DNA from: Macrostomum lignano
Taxonomy: Eukaryota
Reading direction: 5' to 3'
Assembly: GCA_002269645.1 (NCBI GenBank)
Contig: NIVC01000619.1
Location: forward strand, 144,601-208,600
Length of the DNA stretch: 64,000 bases
The position numbers and the translations under genes are program-made. This document shows positions 1 through 15,272 of the stretch, one piece after another. Below the pieces are notes generated by a model. That model was given only the letters and a program-made list of their open reading frames with translations. It made no database searches and was not told the origin of the DNA. Every line of letters starts with the position of its first letter. Position 1 is the first letter of the stretch.

Positions 1-344
1 ATTTGGTGGTGGGGGCGCCATGTCAACTGAGGCAAATTTGACAATTTGATGGTTGGGGCGCCATGTCAACTGAGGAAAATTTGACAATTTGGTGGTGGGG
101 GCGCCATGTCAACTGAGGCAAATTTGACAATTTGGTGGTGGGGGCGCCATGTCAATTGAGGCAAATTTGACAATTTGGTGGTGGGGGCGCCATGTCAACT
201 GAGGCAAATTTGACAATTTGATGGTTGGGGCGCCATGTCAACTGAGGAAAATTTGACAATTTGGTGGTGGGGGCGCCATGTCAATTGAGGCAAATTTGAC
301 AATTTGATGGTTGGGGCGCCATGTCAACTGAGGTAAATTTGACA
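1..344. repeat. 43-bp minisatellite, 8 copies (runs off the window start)
   Basis: Unit ATTTGGTGGTGGGGGCGCCATGTCAACTGAGGCAAATTTGACA and variant ATTTGATGGTTGGGG... abut directly, with no spacers. Confidence 0.95.
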
Positions 345-1072
345 AAAGCAAATATTTAAAGCGTTTGTCGAAGCGAATCAGCCCAAAGTTCGCAAAAGCA
401 TTAATATTCTAAGAAAACAAAGTGCCCAATCCATCTACTTTTAGGGGTCCACAGCGCCTAATTCCCACGGAAACCAGTTAGCCAGGTTGCCAGCAACTTA
501 AGAAAAAAGGTAGTTTTTAGCCACTTGGCCACCTTTTTCATTCCTGCATTTCTGACACACTCGAACTCCCAGCCCTACTTTTTTAGGTCATGCTGACTTC
601 GGAATCGGTGAGAAAATCTCAGCGGACCCGTAGCAGCCCCGCGATTCTTCATCTCCTCGGCCGCCTTTTTATCGCCCTGCCCTGCGCTGCCCGCCGCCTC
701 TTCTACCGATTTGATTCGTCAAAAAATATCGCAACGAACTTGACACCCCGCGACCGGCTTAGAGGCCGTTAATTTGCATAGAGAATTGCCTTCTCTGGGG
801 CACTTTTTCCCCTCCCGGCTCCTGAGAGTCGGCAGGATCTAGATTGAAGCGGGCTGGGGTCCAGCCTCAGCTGCGAGCTGAATTCCCAGTTGAGCTGCAT
901 CACTGACAGAGAGTTGCGACCCACCCTTCCTCACAGGAGAGCTACCAGACCCTTGAGTTTCTTAGAATAGCGGAGGGTAATGATCGGAGCTGAAAACTCC
1001 TCCTGAATATGGCGCCTCTCTAGCGTAAACTCCGCGCCTCTTCTGAGAATTTTAACACCTACTTGATGCCTC

Positions 1073-1350
1073 ACCCGTAAACTCCGCGCCTCTCCCCCGT
1101 AAACTCAGCGCCTCTCTCCCGTAAACTTCGCGCCTCTTTCCCATAAACTACGCGTTTTCTCCCATTAACTCCGCGCCTCTCTCCCGTAAACTCCGCGCCT
1201 CTCTCCCGTAAACTCCGCGCTTCTCTCCCATAAACTCCGCGCTTCTCTCCCATAAACTCCGCGCCTCTCTCCCGTAAACTCCGCGCCTCTCTCCCGTAAA
1301 CTCAGCGTCTCTCTCCCGTAAACTCCGCGCCTCTCAAAACTCCGCGCTTT
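1073..1350. repeat. 22-bp minisatellite, ~12 copies
   Basis: Unit CCCGTAAACTCCGCGCCTCTCT repeated with small variants. Confidence 0.9.
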
Positions 1351-2399
1351 CACAAAAAATTCTCAGTAGAACATTCGTTGCCAGCGGTAGCTCTGCAAGT
1401 CGCCAACAATGCAAGCTCAAATATTAAAAAATAAGCGAAAAAATTCGGATACCGAAAATAGCTCTTTTTCCTGGAACGACGGAACAAAAGCAGGCAGCCT
1501 CATTGACAGAGCCGCCGAGTAGTCCGCTCCCCCAATGTATAGCACCCCTTGTTGATTTGCCTTCGCTAAAATACATCTGCCCCACTAACAATAGAGCAAG
1601 TGAGAGGCAAAACGGCCTGAGTTCAGTAGCAGAAATGACAGATACAGGCTCGCGAGCAAACATCTGAGAAGGAAAGGTACGAGAGGGGGGGGGGGTGAGT
1701 GAGAGCCGAGATCTCCGCCCCTGTTGCCGCCCCCCAGCAACCAAAGAAAACCATCTACCTTGGGGCAGCAGCAGCAGCTCGGAGCAGCGGCAGCAGACCC
1801 AAGCCTTGCTCACCGATGGCTGAGGGATCCGCGCCTCGCTCCACTCGTCAGCTGCATTCTGCTGAGTCCCCCTCCCAACCGGTGGATGGAATGGGAAGGG
1901 GTGGCAAACCAAGCAAAGCGCCTCGCTTCCCCTCGTTTCCCGTCTCTCCTCCCGCTCTCGCCCGGCTCTACTCACTCTCGCCGGCCTTCCTCTCCAGCTC
2001 TCTCCGGCCCCTGCACCGATTGCCTGCTTCGCCTGCCCCGGTGTCTCGTTTCTCCTGAATCGTCCTCACCCCCAGAGCCGGATAGTTGATCAGTTACCAT
2101 GGCAACTACCATCGCCCATCTTTTCGCACAATCCCCCTCCTCTGCCCCTCTCGACCCAGCAGAGCCTTCCAGCCTCCTTCCAGCAGCGAGAGTCGGAGCA
2201 GCAGACTAGAAAACTTGGCCGAGTCCTTATCCAACAACTTCGATCTTCTGCCGACTGCTCCAACAGAAAATGGAAGCTTTGAGCTTCTTCGATCATTGCC
2301 CGTTGAAGCCAATGTGCTGGTTTACTGGAAGTGGGACTTTGTCTATGGCAATAATAATAATTGATTACACCTGAAAGCTCAGCCGCAGCTATTGCAAGG

Positions 2400-2586
2400 C
2401 GCATCTGAAGATTGCGTACGGCTGTTCAGTCCATGGACTGGGGGGTCGTCACACACCCCAACTACCCCAGCTAATGCTGGCACCCATTTTACAGCTGGGT
2501 GAACTGAAGCAATGCAGAGTTGAGTGTCCTGCTCAAGGACACAAATTGTCGGGAATCCGACGCTCTAACCACTAGGACACAACCCC
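2400..2586 (-). mobile_element. Degenerate tRNA-headed SINE-like repeat
   Basis: Minus strand starts with an A-box-like TGTCCTAGTGGTTAGAGCG, followed by a GTGTCCTTGAGCAGGACAC...CACCCAGCTGTAAAATGGGT body resembling invertebrate SINE cores; B box missing. Confidence 0.45.
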
Positions 2587-3734
2587 AAGTACAGAATCTA
2601 TAGACAAAAGACATACGTTAACATGGATGAAATCGTATGCTCTTTGGTGTTACGACTTTGGCTGTCCTTCTCTTACGCCACTTAGAATGGCAAAGCTGTC
2701 AATATTGGTATTCGGTACCTCATTTCCACTTTGCTCCAGACGGAAGCAATGCCGAATATGCTTTTGTTTTACTGTTTTCCGAATGCCCCACGGCAAATAG
2801 AATTCCTAAACACTGATTAGCGAAACATTCCACGCCAAAGGACATGTGCACTTAAAAAGATTTGGAATAGAAAACCTCGTTAGCCAGGACCGCATCGACG
2901 CAGGCTTGGATGAATTGATGAAGCATGGGCAGTCCCAGCTGCATCCCTTTGTGAGTCGGCAGCGACCAAAATTGGACTACTTTGCACAAAAGACGAGTCC
3001 GGGAACAAAATTTGAAGCACCAGACCAGCCAAGCAACATGCAAAGACTAAGGGTAGAGATTTACATTTGAGACTCAGGCAAAGAGACAGACAGACAGAAC
3101 TGACAATGCTCATTAGGAATTCAATATGCTATTGCTTTATTTCCAAGATTTACTCATTGTAACTTCAAAATATGAGTTGAAACAGAACACTTGATAGGGT
3201 TTTAGCTATACGATTCAATCACCTTTCCTGCCAATGCTTGGCGCACTTAATTAAAAAAATGATACATTCCGTGACCACTGATCAACCTCAGGATACCGCA
3301 ATGCATTTAACTCAATTTCAGAGAGGCTCATTGGTTTGCTACACAGCGAATTCAAATCTATCGTGACTGGAATTTCTAAAATAAATTGCATCGCAGCCAG
3401 TATATTACGTCAGTTTGAGGCAGGTATCTGACTCTAACTGGTTTTAAACCCCCCCCGCGCCGGCCTGGCCTCGCTTTGGTGGGTTGGTGGGGTGCTGGTG
3501 CTCTGCGTGCGTGCAGGGCTTAGGGCAGCCTCCCCCTCCGCTCTGTGCTATTTAGTCACGCGTCGCGGCCGCTGAGTCGGCGTATTTTTGGCAAAATATT
3601 TTTTTTCTCTTTTAAATTACAAAAAATAATATATTTCGTCGCTTAAGGGGTTCGTTTCCCCTTTCTGAGCCGCGTCTGCCGGTCTTTTGTGCCACGCTTT
3701 TACTCTGCGTTAGTCTTTTGGGGTTTACTTTACT

Positions 3735-3993
3735 GTCATCTGTGTCTGTCATCCAGCAGCTGTCATCTGTGTCTGTCATCCAGCAGCTGTCATCTGTGTC
3801 TGTCATCCAGCAGCCTTCATCTGTGTCTGTCATCCAGCAGCTGTCACCTGTGTCTGTCATCCAGCAGCTGTCATCTGTGTCTGTCATCCACCAGCTGTTA
3901 TCAGTGTCTGTCATCCAGCAGCTGTCATCTGTGTCTGTCATCCACCAGCTGTCATCTGTGTCTGTCATCCAGCAGCTGTCATCTGTGTCTGTG
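3735..3993. repeat. 27-bp minisatellite, ~9-10 copies
   Basis: Unit CAGCAGCTGTCATCTGTGTCTGTCATC; the minus strand reads (MTDTDDSCW)n. Confidence 0.95.
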
Positions 3994-3996
3994 CTC

Positions 3997-4860
3997 AGGC
4001 TGCATTATGCATCTATCCACTAGGCTGGCTGCATTATGCATCTATCCACAAGGCTGTATTATGCATCTATCCACTAGGCTGCATTATGCATCTATCCACA
4101 AGGCTGCATTACGCATCTATCCACTAGGCTGGCTGCATTATGCATCTATCCGCAAGGCTGCATTATGCATCCATCCACAAGGCTGCATTATGCATCTATC
4201 CACTAGGCTGGCTGCATTATGCATCTATCCGCAAGGCTGTATTATGCATCTATCCACAAGGCTGCATTATGCATCTATCCACAAGGCTGCATTACGCATC
4301 TATCCACTAGGCTGGCTGCATTATGCATCTATCCGCAAGGCTGCATTATGCATCCATCCACAAGGCTGCATTATGCATCTATCCACTAGGCTGGCTGCAT
4401 TATGCATCTATCCGCAAGGCTGCATTATGCATCCATCCACAAGGCTGCATTATGCAGCTATCCACAAGGCTGCATTATGCATCTATCCACAAGGCTGCAT
4501 TATGCATCTATCCACTAGGCTGGCTGCATTATGCATCTATCCGCAAGGCTGTATTATGCATCTATCCACAAGGCTGCATTATGCATCTATCCACAAGGCT
4601 GCATTACGCATCTATCCACTAGGCTGGCTGCATTATGCATCTATCCGCAAGGCTGCATTATGCATCCATCCACAAGGCTGCATTATGCATCTATCCACTA
4701 GGCTGGCTGCATTATGCATCTATCCGCAAGGCTGCATTATGCATCCATCCACAAGGCTGCATTATGCAGCTATCCACAAGGCTGCATTATGCATCTATCC
4801 ACAAGGCTGCATTATGCATCTATCCACAAGTCTGCATTATGCATCTATCCACTATATCCA
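3997..4860. repeat. Composite 25/29-bp minisatellite with higher-order structure
   Basis: AGGCTGCATTATGCATCTATCCACA alternating with CTAGGCTGGCTGCATTATGCATCTATCC variants. Confidence 0.9.
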
Positions 4861-4913
4861 TATCCATAGACTGCCATAGTTACTATCTCTATTTTGCTCA
4901 GCTCAAAACTTGC

Positions 4914-5195
4914 CTGGTTGCTATCCAGGCCCCAGAACTCGAGTTCCTCCTCAAACAGAGGGCCGCACACGTCCGTAGGGTAGTGCAGCTTGCCAGTTCG
5001 ATAATAATTGAGAATCTGAGCGAACACGCCCGGGTGCCTGTCGAAGAAGTACTCATTGAGAATGGGATCGTAGTTGGCCAGCGCCTCGGTCAGTCTGGAC
5101 AGCCTCGTGGCCGGAATTTTCTTCAGCGTTGCCTTGTAGGTCTCGTGCCGGATGCCGCCGACGTTGAGCACTACTCGGTTCTCAGCGTCCGACAT
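4914..5195 (-). CDS. Shaw: First coding exon (94 codons) of a Shaw/Kv3-family voltage-gated K+ channel, T1 tetramerisation (BTB) domain
   Basis: [35 protein letters not shown]...[10 protein letters not shown]...[11 protein letters not shown] is nearly identical to the Shaw N-terminus as I recall it; similarity ends at CAG|GCAAGT, read as a phase-0 GC donor. Downstream exons were not found in the window. Confidence 0.95.
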
Positions 5196-5567
5196 CTGAT
5201 GGAACTACCGGATGGGTCCGGCCTGGGCTGAGACTCGGAATTGATTAACTCGGTCAGCAGGTGGGGGTGCCTCGCTGGGAGAGAGTTCTCAGCAGACGGG
5301 TCGGTAGAACAGAACAAAGCTTTGGAACAGAGCTGACTGCGAGTAGCTGTCCACAATTTACGGCCTCAGCAGTCGTGGGGGATGCGCTGCATCACCGGAT
5401 GGAGGATGGGGCAGCTGGGACCACAGACGGGGCAGGGCCGCGACCAAGACAGCGCTCATTCGCTCGAAGCCGAAGGCCCCGGCAAGGGAAGAGCGCAGAC
5501 AGGGGCAGAGCTGGGACGGGGAAGAAAAATGGTGAGACAAAAATTAAAAGCTTGGGCGTTGCCGCTC

Positions 5568-5568
<1 letters not shown>

Positions 5569-5593
<25 letters not shown>
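5569..5593. repeat. (GA)n microsatellite upstream of Shaw
   Basis: Direct reading. Confidence 0.9.
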
Positions 5594-5598
<5 letters not shown>

Positions 5599-6165
5599 CG
5601 AGAACCGAGGGAGCTTCTAATGGTCTCTCCCCAGTAGGGCAGACTACAGGTGGGGAGATACAAGCGATCGTTTGTCTCCAGGTGGAACAAAACACTATAG
5701 GAAACCGGATGCCGGATTCAGGGCTTCAATGGCAGCAGTGCTTTTCAATTGTAAAATCACTAGTATACAGTTTACAGAGAATTCATTTTAATAGGAATCA
5801 TGCAAAAAAACAAATATCTGCCTGTAACAGCAGCAGGCGGCAGTCATTGCTTCATCACTGCGTCAGTGCAAATGTTTTTATTCTTATCTTATCTTCTTAC
5901 GGTCACAAACTGTCTCTCCACTGTCTCAAACTGTCTCTCCACTGTAAAAAATTGAGACAGCAGCATTTTAAGTAACACAAGTTGCAGTGCAGGCAGTGTA
6001 CCGATCGCATCTGAGAGAGATCTCCGAATCTTCGCAGCTAATGAGCAAAGGATGCGGTTGCTGCAGCAATCGATTTTCGATCGCCAGACGGCCTGTAAGA
6101 CGAGAGCCCGTAGTACTTTTTGTTCCACAGAAAATCGATTCGTCACCTGCGTTTTGACCGCCTTC

Positions 6166-7043
<878 letters not shown>

Positions 7044-7401
7044 GTATCTGCACACCCTTAGCAGGTCTGGGGGTTAACATTGACTGGCGCTGAGCCAACG
7101 GGGCCGTCTGAAGCGACCGGTTGGGGGCTCGGCTGTCCAAAGAGGCTTAGGCTGGGGATTAACAACTTTCACAGCGATCGCCAATGCCCCTGGAAATGTG
7201 CTATTGATCCACAGTCTGTGCTCGCCTCTTTCAATTTTCTTTTCCATCAGTTCCCTCTCCTATCTCTGCATTCGTTAATTGACTTGGGACTTTGGACTAT
7301 TGGGCTGGCGAAATCGAGTCTGACGATAGTGCTTTGAGGATTCTAAGTTCTTATGAAACTGAAAGCGCTGAGAAGTTTGGCGACAGAAGTGAGACAGAAT
7401 A

Positions 7402-7530
7402 GGGTTTATAGTGCAGTCGGAGCGGTGATACATCCAGACTCTTATACCAAAGTCCTGGGTTCGATTCTTGAGTAGACAGGGACTGGCTTATCTTAGTTGG
7501 CAAGTGCTAGATTACTACGAACTAAGGACG
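7402..7530 (+). mobile_element. Possible tRNA-derived SINE head
   Basis: A-box-like TAGTGCAGTCGG and B-box-like GGTTCGATTCT at tRNA-like spacing; no cloverleaf. Confidence 0.35.
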
Positions 7531-7542
7531 TTGCATAAGTGC

Positions 7543-7953
7543 ATGTACTCAGACAGGACAGAGGTTGCAAAAGTACTCAGACAGGACAGAGGTTGCAAAA
7601 GTACTCAGACAGGACAGAGGTTGCATAAGTACTCAGACAGGACAGAGGTTGCAAAAGTACTCAGACAGGACAGAGGTTGCATAAGTACTCAGACAGGACA
7701 GAGGTTGCAAAAGTCTCAGACAGGACAGAGGTTGCATAAGTACTCAGACAGGACAGAGGTTGCATAAGTACTCAGACAGGACAGAGGTTGCATAAGTACC
7801 CAGACAGGACAGAGGTTGAAAAAGTACACAGGCAGAACAAAGACAGGACAAAGGTTGCTAAAGTACACAGACAAGACACAGGTTGCAAAAGTACACAGAC
7901 AGGACACAGGTTGCAAAAGTACACAGACAGGACAGAGGTTGCAAAAGTACACA
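7543..7953. repeat. 28-bp minisatellite, ~15 copies
   Basis: Unit GTACTCAGACAGGACAGAGGTTGCATAA/AAAA. Confidence 0.9.
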
Positions 7954-7994
7954 GACCACAGCTCGCCCTACAGAAGCCCCATCCCAAGCAAGTG

Positions 7995-8264
7995 CTAACA
8001 GCCTGTACAGTCGAAACGTGGCTCTCGCCCATGGTCCTATTAACAGCCAGCTGGGATCACCCTCGCCGTCGCCCTCGAAGGCGTCGCCAGTCAGCTGGTT
8101 CGCCGTACTCGGCGACAGACGGCCAGCCTCGGCCAGGACGGCCAGGTTGAAGGCCGCCTCCGGGTCGCCCTTGGCAACCGCGCGAGTGTAAAAATCCACG
8201 GCGGCGCTCAGGTTGGAGGCGTGCGCCAAGCCCAGGCTGTGGTAGTCTCCCATGCGCGTCAGCG
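7995..8264 (-). CDS. Internal exon of a Sel1-like-repeat protein (SEL1L3-like C-terminal region); 3' boundary approximate
   Basis: (A)LTRMGDYHSLG...NLSAAVDFYTRAVAKGDPEAAFNLAVLAEAG fits the Sel1 repeat pattern; pyrimidine-rich acceptor TTCTTTCCTCAG immediately upstream (8265-8276); GC-rich coding-like composition. Confidence 0.7.
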
Positions 8265-9478
8265 CTGAGGAAAGAATGGTTATGCCCCGCTTAGACTACT
8301 CTCGGGTTTTGTTCAGTAGTGTAACTGGCGCTGGTAGCCCAGGTATTGTTAAATTATTTGCGTGCATTCAATCTATCAAATTAGATAAATTCTCGTATTT
8401 CTTGCATCTCTCGCAACTGTCTGTCGTATATGTCGTGCTCCTTCCGTCTTTGTCAATTCGCTTAAACTCTAATTCAAAATATTCGGTGGGATCTGAAGAT
8501 CACTCTTCTATAACTTGAAGAGCAGCCAGTCAACTTCTATAGGTGAAGTATTCATAAATTTTAGCAGCCAAGTTGGTGTCTTAGACGTAATCCATTGTAT
8601 TACTATATCCATAGTAATCATCGATTAAAAGTAATACTAATAGAGCCCAAAATCTCTCGCCGTGACCTCTCGTTGGCTGAAATAGGCCGTTGACATAATT
8701 AGATACAAGTTAAAATACAAGGAGTTGGAAATGATGGTCGCGAGAACACACTTTTAGCCTAATTTCAACACAAATAGGAATTGGAAATGATGGTCCCTAG
8801 GCTTGTTAAGAGACCAAAATTATTGGGCCGCACACAGAATTGAACCAGAGTACATGAATGAGTACTGTGGCGCGAGATTAAAACGTGTTGCTGTTGACTC
8901 CATTTTGCTCCCTCTGCAAAGAGGCGAACAAATCCAATTGTTCGCTAATTCAAATAGGTCTGATCGACACTGAAGTATTTTTGTGGTCCAAATGGCCCAG
9001 AACTTGGATATTCCATGCAGTAAACTATTTGCCGTAGGAATCCATTCCAAATAGCTCACTTAAACTTAGCAAACAGCTTGTTTCATTTAATAAAATGGAT
9101 CAGTGCTCGGAGTGTGGAGTTCACTTTTTCTGTTGGAAAATTGGGCAGATCCGAATCGGATTTTAGCGACTTCGATGCACGATGCGGCATGAGAGCGACA
9201 AATCAATATCTGCAAGTAGCTCGTAAATGTATCTACCAGTATTCCACATGACCACTTGCAACTTTAAAAAAATTACAAAGCTCAAAAAACACAAATATTG
9301 ATATTATCGTTGCATTCGGTGCCTAATTAGATTATGCTTGTTGTTATATTGTATATTTAGTAAAATTAACTGATCAGTGAATAGGGGCTGTGAAGAGTCA
9401 GAGATCAAAATCCGGTCAGCTGTGAGTTGTCTGGATCTTCCGATCGATAAAGCGACTTCGATGTGCGGTGTGGCTCAT

Positions 9479-9661
9479 CTAACCATGAAAATGAACGTGG
9501 AAGCCCTTCTTCCTCAGCTTCGGGAACTGCTCCTCTGACATCTTGGAATCGTCGGAGTCGGACGGATCCTCCTTCGACTCGCTTTCGGCCTTGGCCTCTG
9601 AGGGTTCGACAACGACCAGGGCTGCGAGCACCAGAAGTCCGAGAACCAGTTGCCACTTCAT
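9479..9661 (-). CDS. P1: secreted His-rich prepropeptide (60 aa; mature GFHVHFH-G)
   Basis: MKWQLVLGLLVLAALVVVEPSEA signal-like segment, acidic spacer, RKK, GFHVHFHG, stop; one of 11 near-identical intact copies. Confidence 0.9.
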   Translation of the reverse strand: MKWQLVLGLLVLAALVVVEPSEAKAESESKEDPSDSDDSKMSEEQFPKLRKKGFHVHFHG

Positions 9662-11036
<1,375 letters not shown>

Positions 11037-12570
11037 CTACACAGCCCTTGTGCCCTGATCGGCTTTGACAAATATAACAACCAGTACCATCTAACTAGGC
11101 AACCCCATGCAACTATAATATTTGTGTTGTTGAGCTTTTTAAATTTGCAAGTTGTGATGTTGAAGACTGGTAGATAAATGTGCGACGTACAGATAATAAT
11201 TTGTCGCTTTCATGACGCATCGTGCGTCAAAGTTGCAGACTGAACTCTAAATTCTGACTTGAATATGATGATGTAATAATGATGCGATGAAGATAATCTT
11301 AAATTCAACGTAAATGTGTTAACTTAGAGAGATACTTGTTCAGCAGTTTTTGGGTATACCTTCATTTTCCGGGTTTTTGAGTTTTACCGGGTACGATAAG
11401 TCAATAACTTGTGCATAATATCTCTGAGATTGTGAGTGCACTATTTACTTGGAAGGTGTGTTGTGTCCTTGGGCGGTCCGGCTGATGCTCCTAGATGAGA
11501 AGCTGAGCTTTCCGTGCTTTTTGAAAGATGACCGCTTTTAGCGGCTTTACTGAGTTTGCGCTGGGTGAACCGAGATGAGTAGGTAGCTGGTAAATGGAAA
11601 TCATTGAAGGCATCGTGCCGTAGACTTTGAATTTTCACAACTAGCTAAATGGAAGGCATGAGACCAAAACTTTGGTACCCTGCCATTGGGACCCACTTGG
11701 GATTCGGGAACCCTAGGCCGATGAGAGTGTTCAGCGATAGCGAGAGCAGTGCCGCTGGGTCAGATATTGACCATCAGGTCCTACTGTGACTGAATTCTAG
11801 CTCGTAACCTCTCTTCTAGCAAACCGGTGTATCAACGCAAAGGGGATAGAAGGCGGAAACGGGCGATACAATTGCCCTCGGCCTGTCCAGCGCTTGGTAG
11901 AGTCGAGTCACAGGCCAAAGGAAAGGCAAAGGCCGATACCAAAGTCGATGCAGTGCTTGGCCTTCTGCAAGCGGCGGTTCGGCGACCGTACCGACGTCTG
12001 TGCCATAGACTTTTAATTCCACAAAGGTCGAAATGAAAGATATGAGCCCAAAAATTTGGTACCCTGCCATTGGGACCTACTTGGAAGTTAGGGTAGAGCA
12101 TGTTAGACGAAGAGAGTCGGCTAACTGAAAAGTACGAGGCTGAATTGCAAAACATATTTGGAAGATGGAAATCCGAAACGCCCATAATGTTTTGAGCGCA
12201 TTTCAAGTAGTTTCAAATTGGCACAAATGAATAATATCCATATTTGATTGAATTTCTTCATTCAATGAATTTCTTTCTTCATGCATCAAAACTTCTCTGA
12301 TTACTTTAGTGCAAATTGTCTGCATGATCACTGGCAACTGGAAAAAAATTAACAAAGCTCAACACCACAAATATTATTGTTGCATTAAGTGTCTAATTAG
12401 CTTCTGCTTGTTGTTATATTTGGTAAAATTGTTCAGCGAATAAGGGCTTGTGTTAATTTCAGTTTACCATTCAGAATTGGGCGGTTTCAAATCAAAGTTT
12501 AAAGTTCGGTCAGCTGTGACTTGTCTTAATCTTCCGATCGATGAAGCGACTTCGATGTGCGATGTGGCTC
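11037..12570 (-). repeat. Inverted duplicate of the P5-P6 spacer (~32420-33950)
   Basis: Identical 65-aa ORF at 11441-11638(-) and 33342-33539(+); flanks are reverse complements. Confidence 0.9.
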
Positions 12571-12572
12571 AT

Positions 12573-12755
12573 CTAACCGTGAAAATGAACGTGGAAGCCC
12601 TTCTTCCTCAGCTTCGGGAACTGCTCCTCCGACAGCTTGGAATCGTCCGAGTCGGACGGATCCTCCTTCGACTCACTTTCGGCCTTGGCCTCCGAGGGCT
12701 GGGCGACGGCCAGGGTTGCAAGCACCAGAAGTCCGAGAACCAGTTGCCACTTCAT
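12573..12755 (-). CDS. P2: His-rich prepropeptide (GFHVHFH-G)
   Basis: Intact 60-aa ORF, signal variant VLATLAVAQ. Confidence 0.9.
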   Translation of the reverse strand: MKWQLVLGLLVLATLAVAQPSEAKAESESKEDPSDSDDSKLSEEQFPKLRKKGFHVHFHG

Positions 12756-13711
12756 GATTGCTTGAGTCGAGTCGATTCTTCGAGCTGTGTGTAGATTGAG
12801 TCGAGTCTGAGCTTGTTGCTCTGAGCAGTCGGCAGCTACGAATTTATACGCATCGGATCAGCACGTGTTTCCGGTCCGTTGAGAGGCGTTGTTTGAGTTG
12901 AAGACTTTCGCATGAGCAGAGACAGGCGTTGTTTCAAACGAATATCATGTAGCGTATATTTGCTTGCTGACACCCGAGCAATCAAACGAGTACCGCTCTA
13001 GCTTTTTCTCAGTGCAAATTTATCTAACGCACGGCACTGCACTGCAGTCACTTGACTCAGTCGCATATTGAAGCCCAATGACGCTATCTATCGACTGTGG
13101 AGAATAAATGCATGAAATCGAGATATCTACAGATTTTTTGGCTACTGTGTGTTGATTTCTGCAGTTTCTAATGGTAGTTCTGATTTGTCAGAGCACGCTC
13201 GTGTTCAGAATTTCTTTGATTTTATTCCTTATTCGGTCAAGTACGCGGATTTCAGTCGCCGATTTCGTGTGATTGAGCGATGCGGAGAAACCAGACGCAT
13301 GTCCAGAAATGCATGGAAGCGTGCAATATGCCAGCTTATATTCTGACTTCGCCTTGTTCTGTCTACCGTTTTGCGGCAACTGCCGACTTTCCGCGTTTCC
13401 TTTGACACTCGCTTTGAACGTGACTGGATATTTTTTAATCATTTCAACTCCACTAAGCTCTCATTACAGGATTATTTGAATGGGGTTTAACAGTAGAAAG
13501 ACCATGGGGTGTATTTCAAATACACACATTTTTCCTTTGTCTGGATCTCCCAAAACTTTTCAAACAATTGCCATGAAAATCCAGAACACGGGCTAAAATT
13601 TTCCGCTCTATGCGATGAAGCAACTTCGAGAATCACGAAAAATCGGCATCGTCTAGATATTCAACAAAAACCACCAACATTGAGAAATATTTTCAACATT
13701 GAGAAAAAAAT

Positions 13712-14080
<369 letters not shown>

Positions 14081-15190
14081 GCTGGGGACACCTTCAATGT
14101 CAACCAGAAGTATCAATCGATAGTGAGTCACCATTTGCGAGACTGATAAACCAACTGACAGATGTATATTAATTAGTAAGCCGAGAAGGATCACAATGTT
14201 TTATATGTTGCTTCTGCCATTTTTAAATCGTTTGTACATGTATATTATTTATTTATGCGATTATACTTTGCTCATGGTTTGTACATATTAATGGATCCAT
14301 AGTTGGTTGGCTGACTTTGTTTTAAAGCGGTCAGTTCATTGTGTTGTTAAATAATCGTGTGTAAAGTGCATGCCGTTACCGTTCTGTATACGTTATAAAA
14401 TTTGTTTGTATAAATATTTAAGTGGTTTATTGACCAAGATTCCGTTGCTGGTTGTTGACGCCAAAACTGTGTCCAAGTCGTGTACATACAATTTCAGATG
14501 GGTCAAGATTTTAATCATGGCCGGTTGTTGTCAAACTTGTCCTCGTAGATGCCAAATGTGTGGATTATAATTGTCAATGTTGTTGTGCTAGTGACTGTAA
14601 TAAAAACTGTTAACATTGTGTATGTATGTATGTATGCGTCTGTTTGTCAAAGCTGTGCTCAATTGAGACAAATCTGTGCACATGACTAATAACCGATATA
14701 ACAGAAAAAATAAAAAATTCAAACCAGCATACGAACAATGGATAATAACTGTCAATAAGCTGATTAAAATTTTCGTTTAATTATAATATAGTTTCAATAA
14801 ACATATAGTTACAAAGGTGAGCAATTCGCTTTTTTGTATTCATTTTTTTCGTAGTGTCAGAAGTTGTCTGGTTCGCTTCATACTAAAAGTCAGTCAAATA
14901 GTTCGAGAAGGCACCGCGTCTGGACGAGGCAGCGTCTGAGTAACTGGGTGACCGAGTGTTGGTCGTAGTGTCCTGCTGTTCGAATGCAAGCAGTTGTCCA
15001 GAACAAAGATGGTTGACTGTTGGCGACCACACACCTGGCAGTCAGTGGTTGGGTAGCGGTATGCTATTGTAATACATTAATTTAAAATTTAGAAAGTAGA
15101 CAAACTAACAAAGAACCGAATTGTTTTGTGTTTTGAAATATATTTAAATGGGTGTATGGATAGATGTAGTCAGACGAGATAAAAAGAGGC

Positions 15191-15195
<5 letters not shown>

Positions 15196-15270
<75 letters not shown>
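15196..15270. repeat. (GA)n microsatellite
   Basis: Direct reading. Confidence 0.95.

Positions 15271-15272
<2 letters not shown>

Noticed and set aside
1-344. CRISPR-like repeat array
   Set aside because: The 43-bp units abut with no unique spacers, there are no cas genes, and the context is eukaryotic
1424-2404. GC-rich ORFs as Shaw exons or another gene
   Set aside because: No Kv3 sequence (HRDTQETL, S1-S6) and no recognisable domain in any frame
3689-4879. 396-aa Cys/His-rich ORF and other ORFs over minisatellites (7468-8150, 24585-25133)
   Set aside because: Stop-free frames of tandem repeats, with no independent coding evidence
13491-13520. Polinton/Maverick assignment for the large element (AGTAG start, (ACT)n tract)
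   Set aside because: No 6-bp TSD, no long TIRs, and no pPolB, integrase or capsid ORFs
14880-15070. RING-like CQVC...CLH on the minus strand inside the TTAA element
   Set aside because: The second half of the Cys pattern is absent and there is no start codon or clear exon structure
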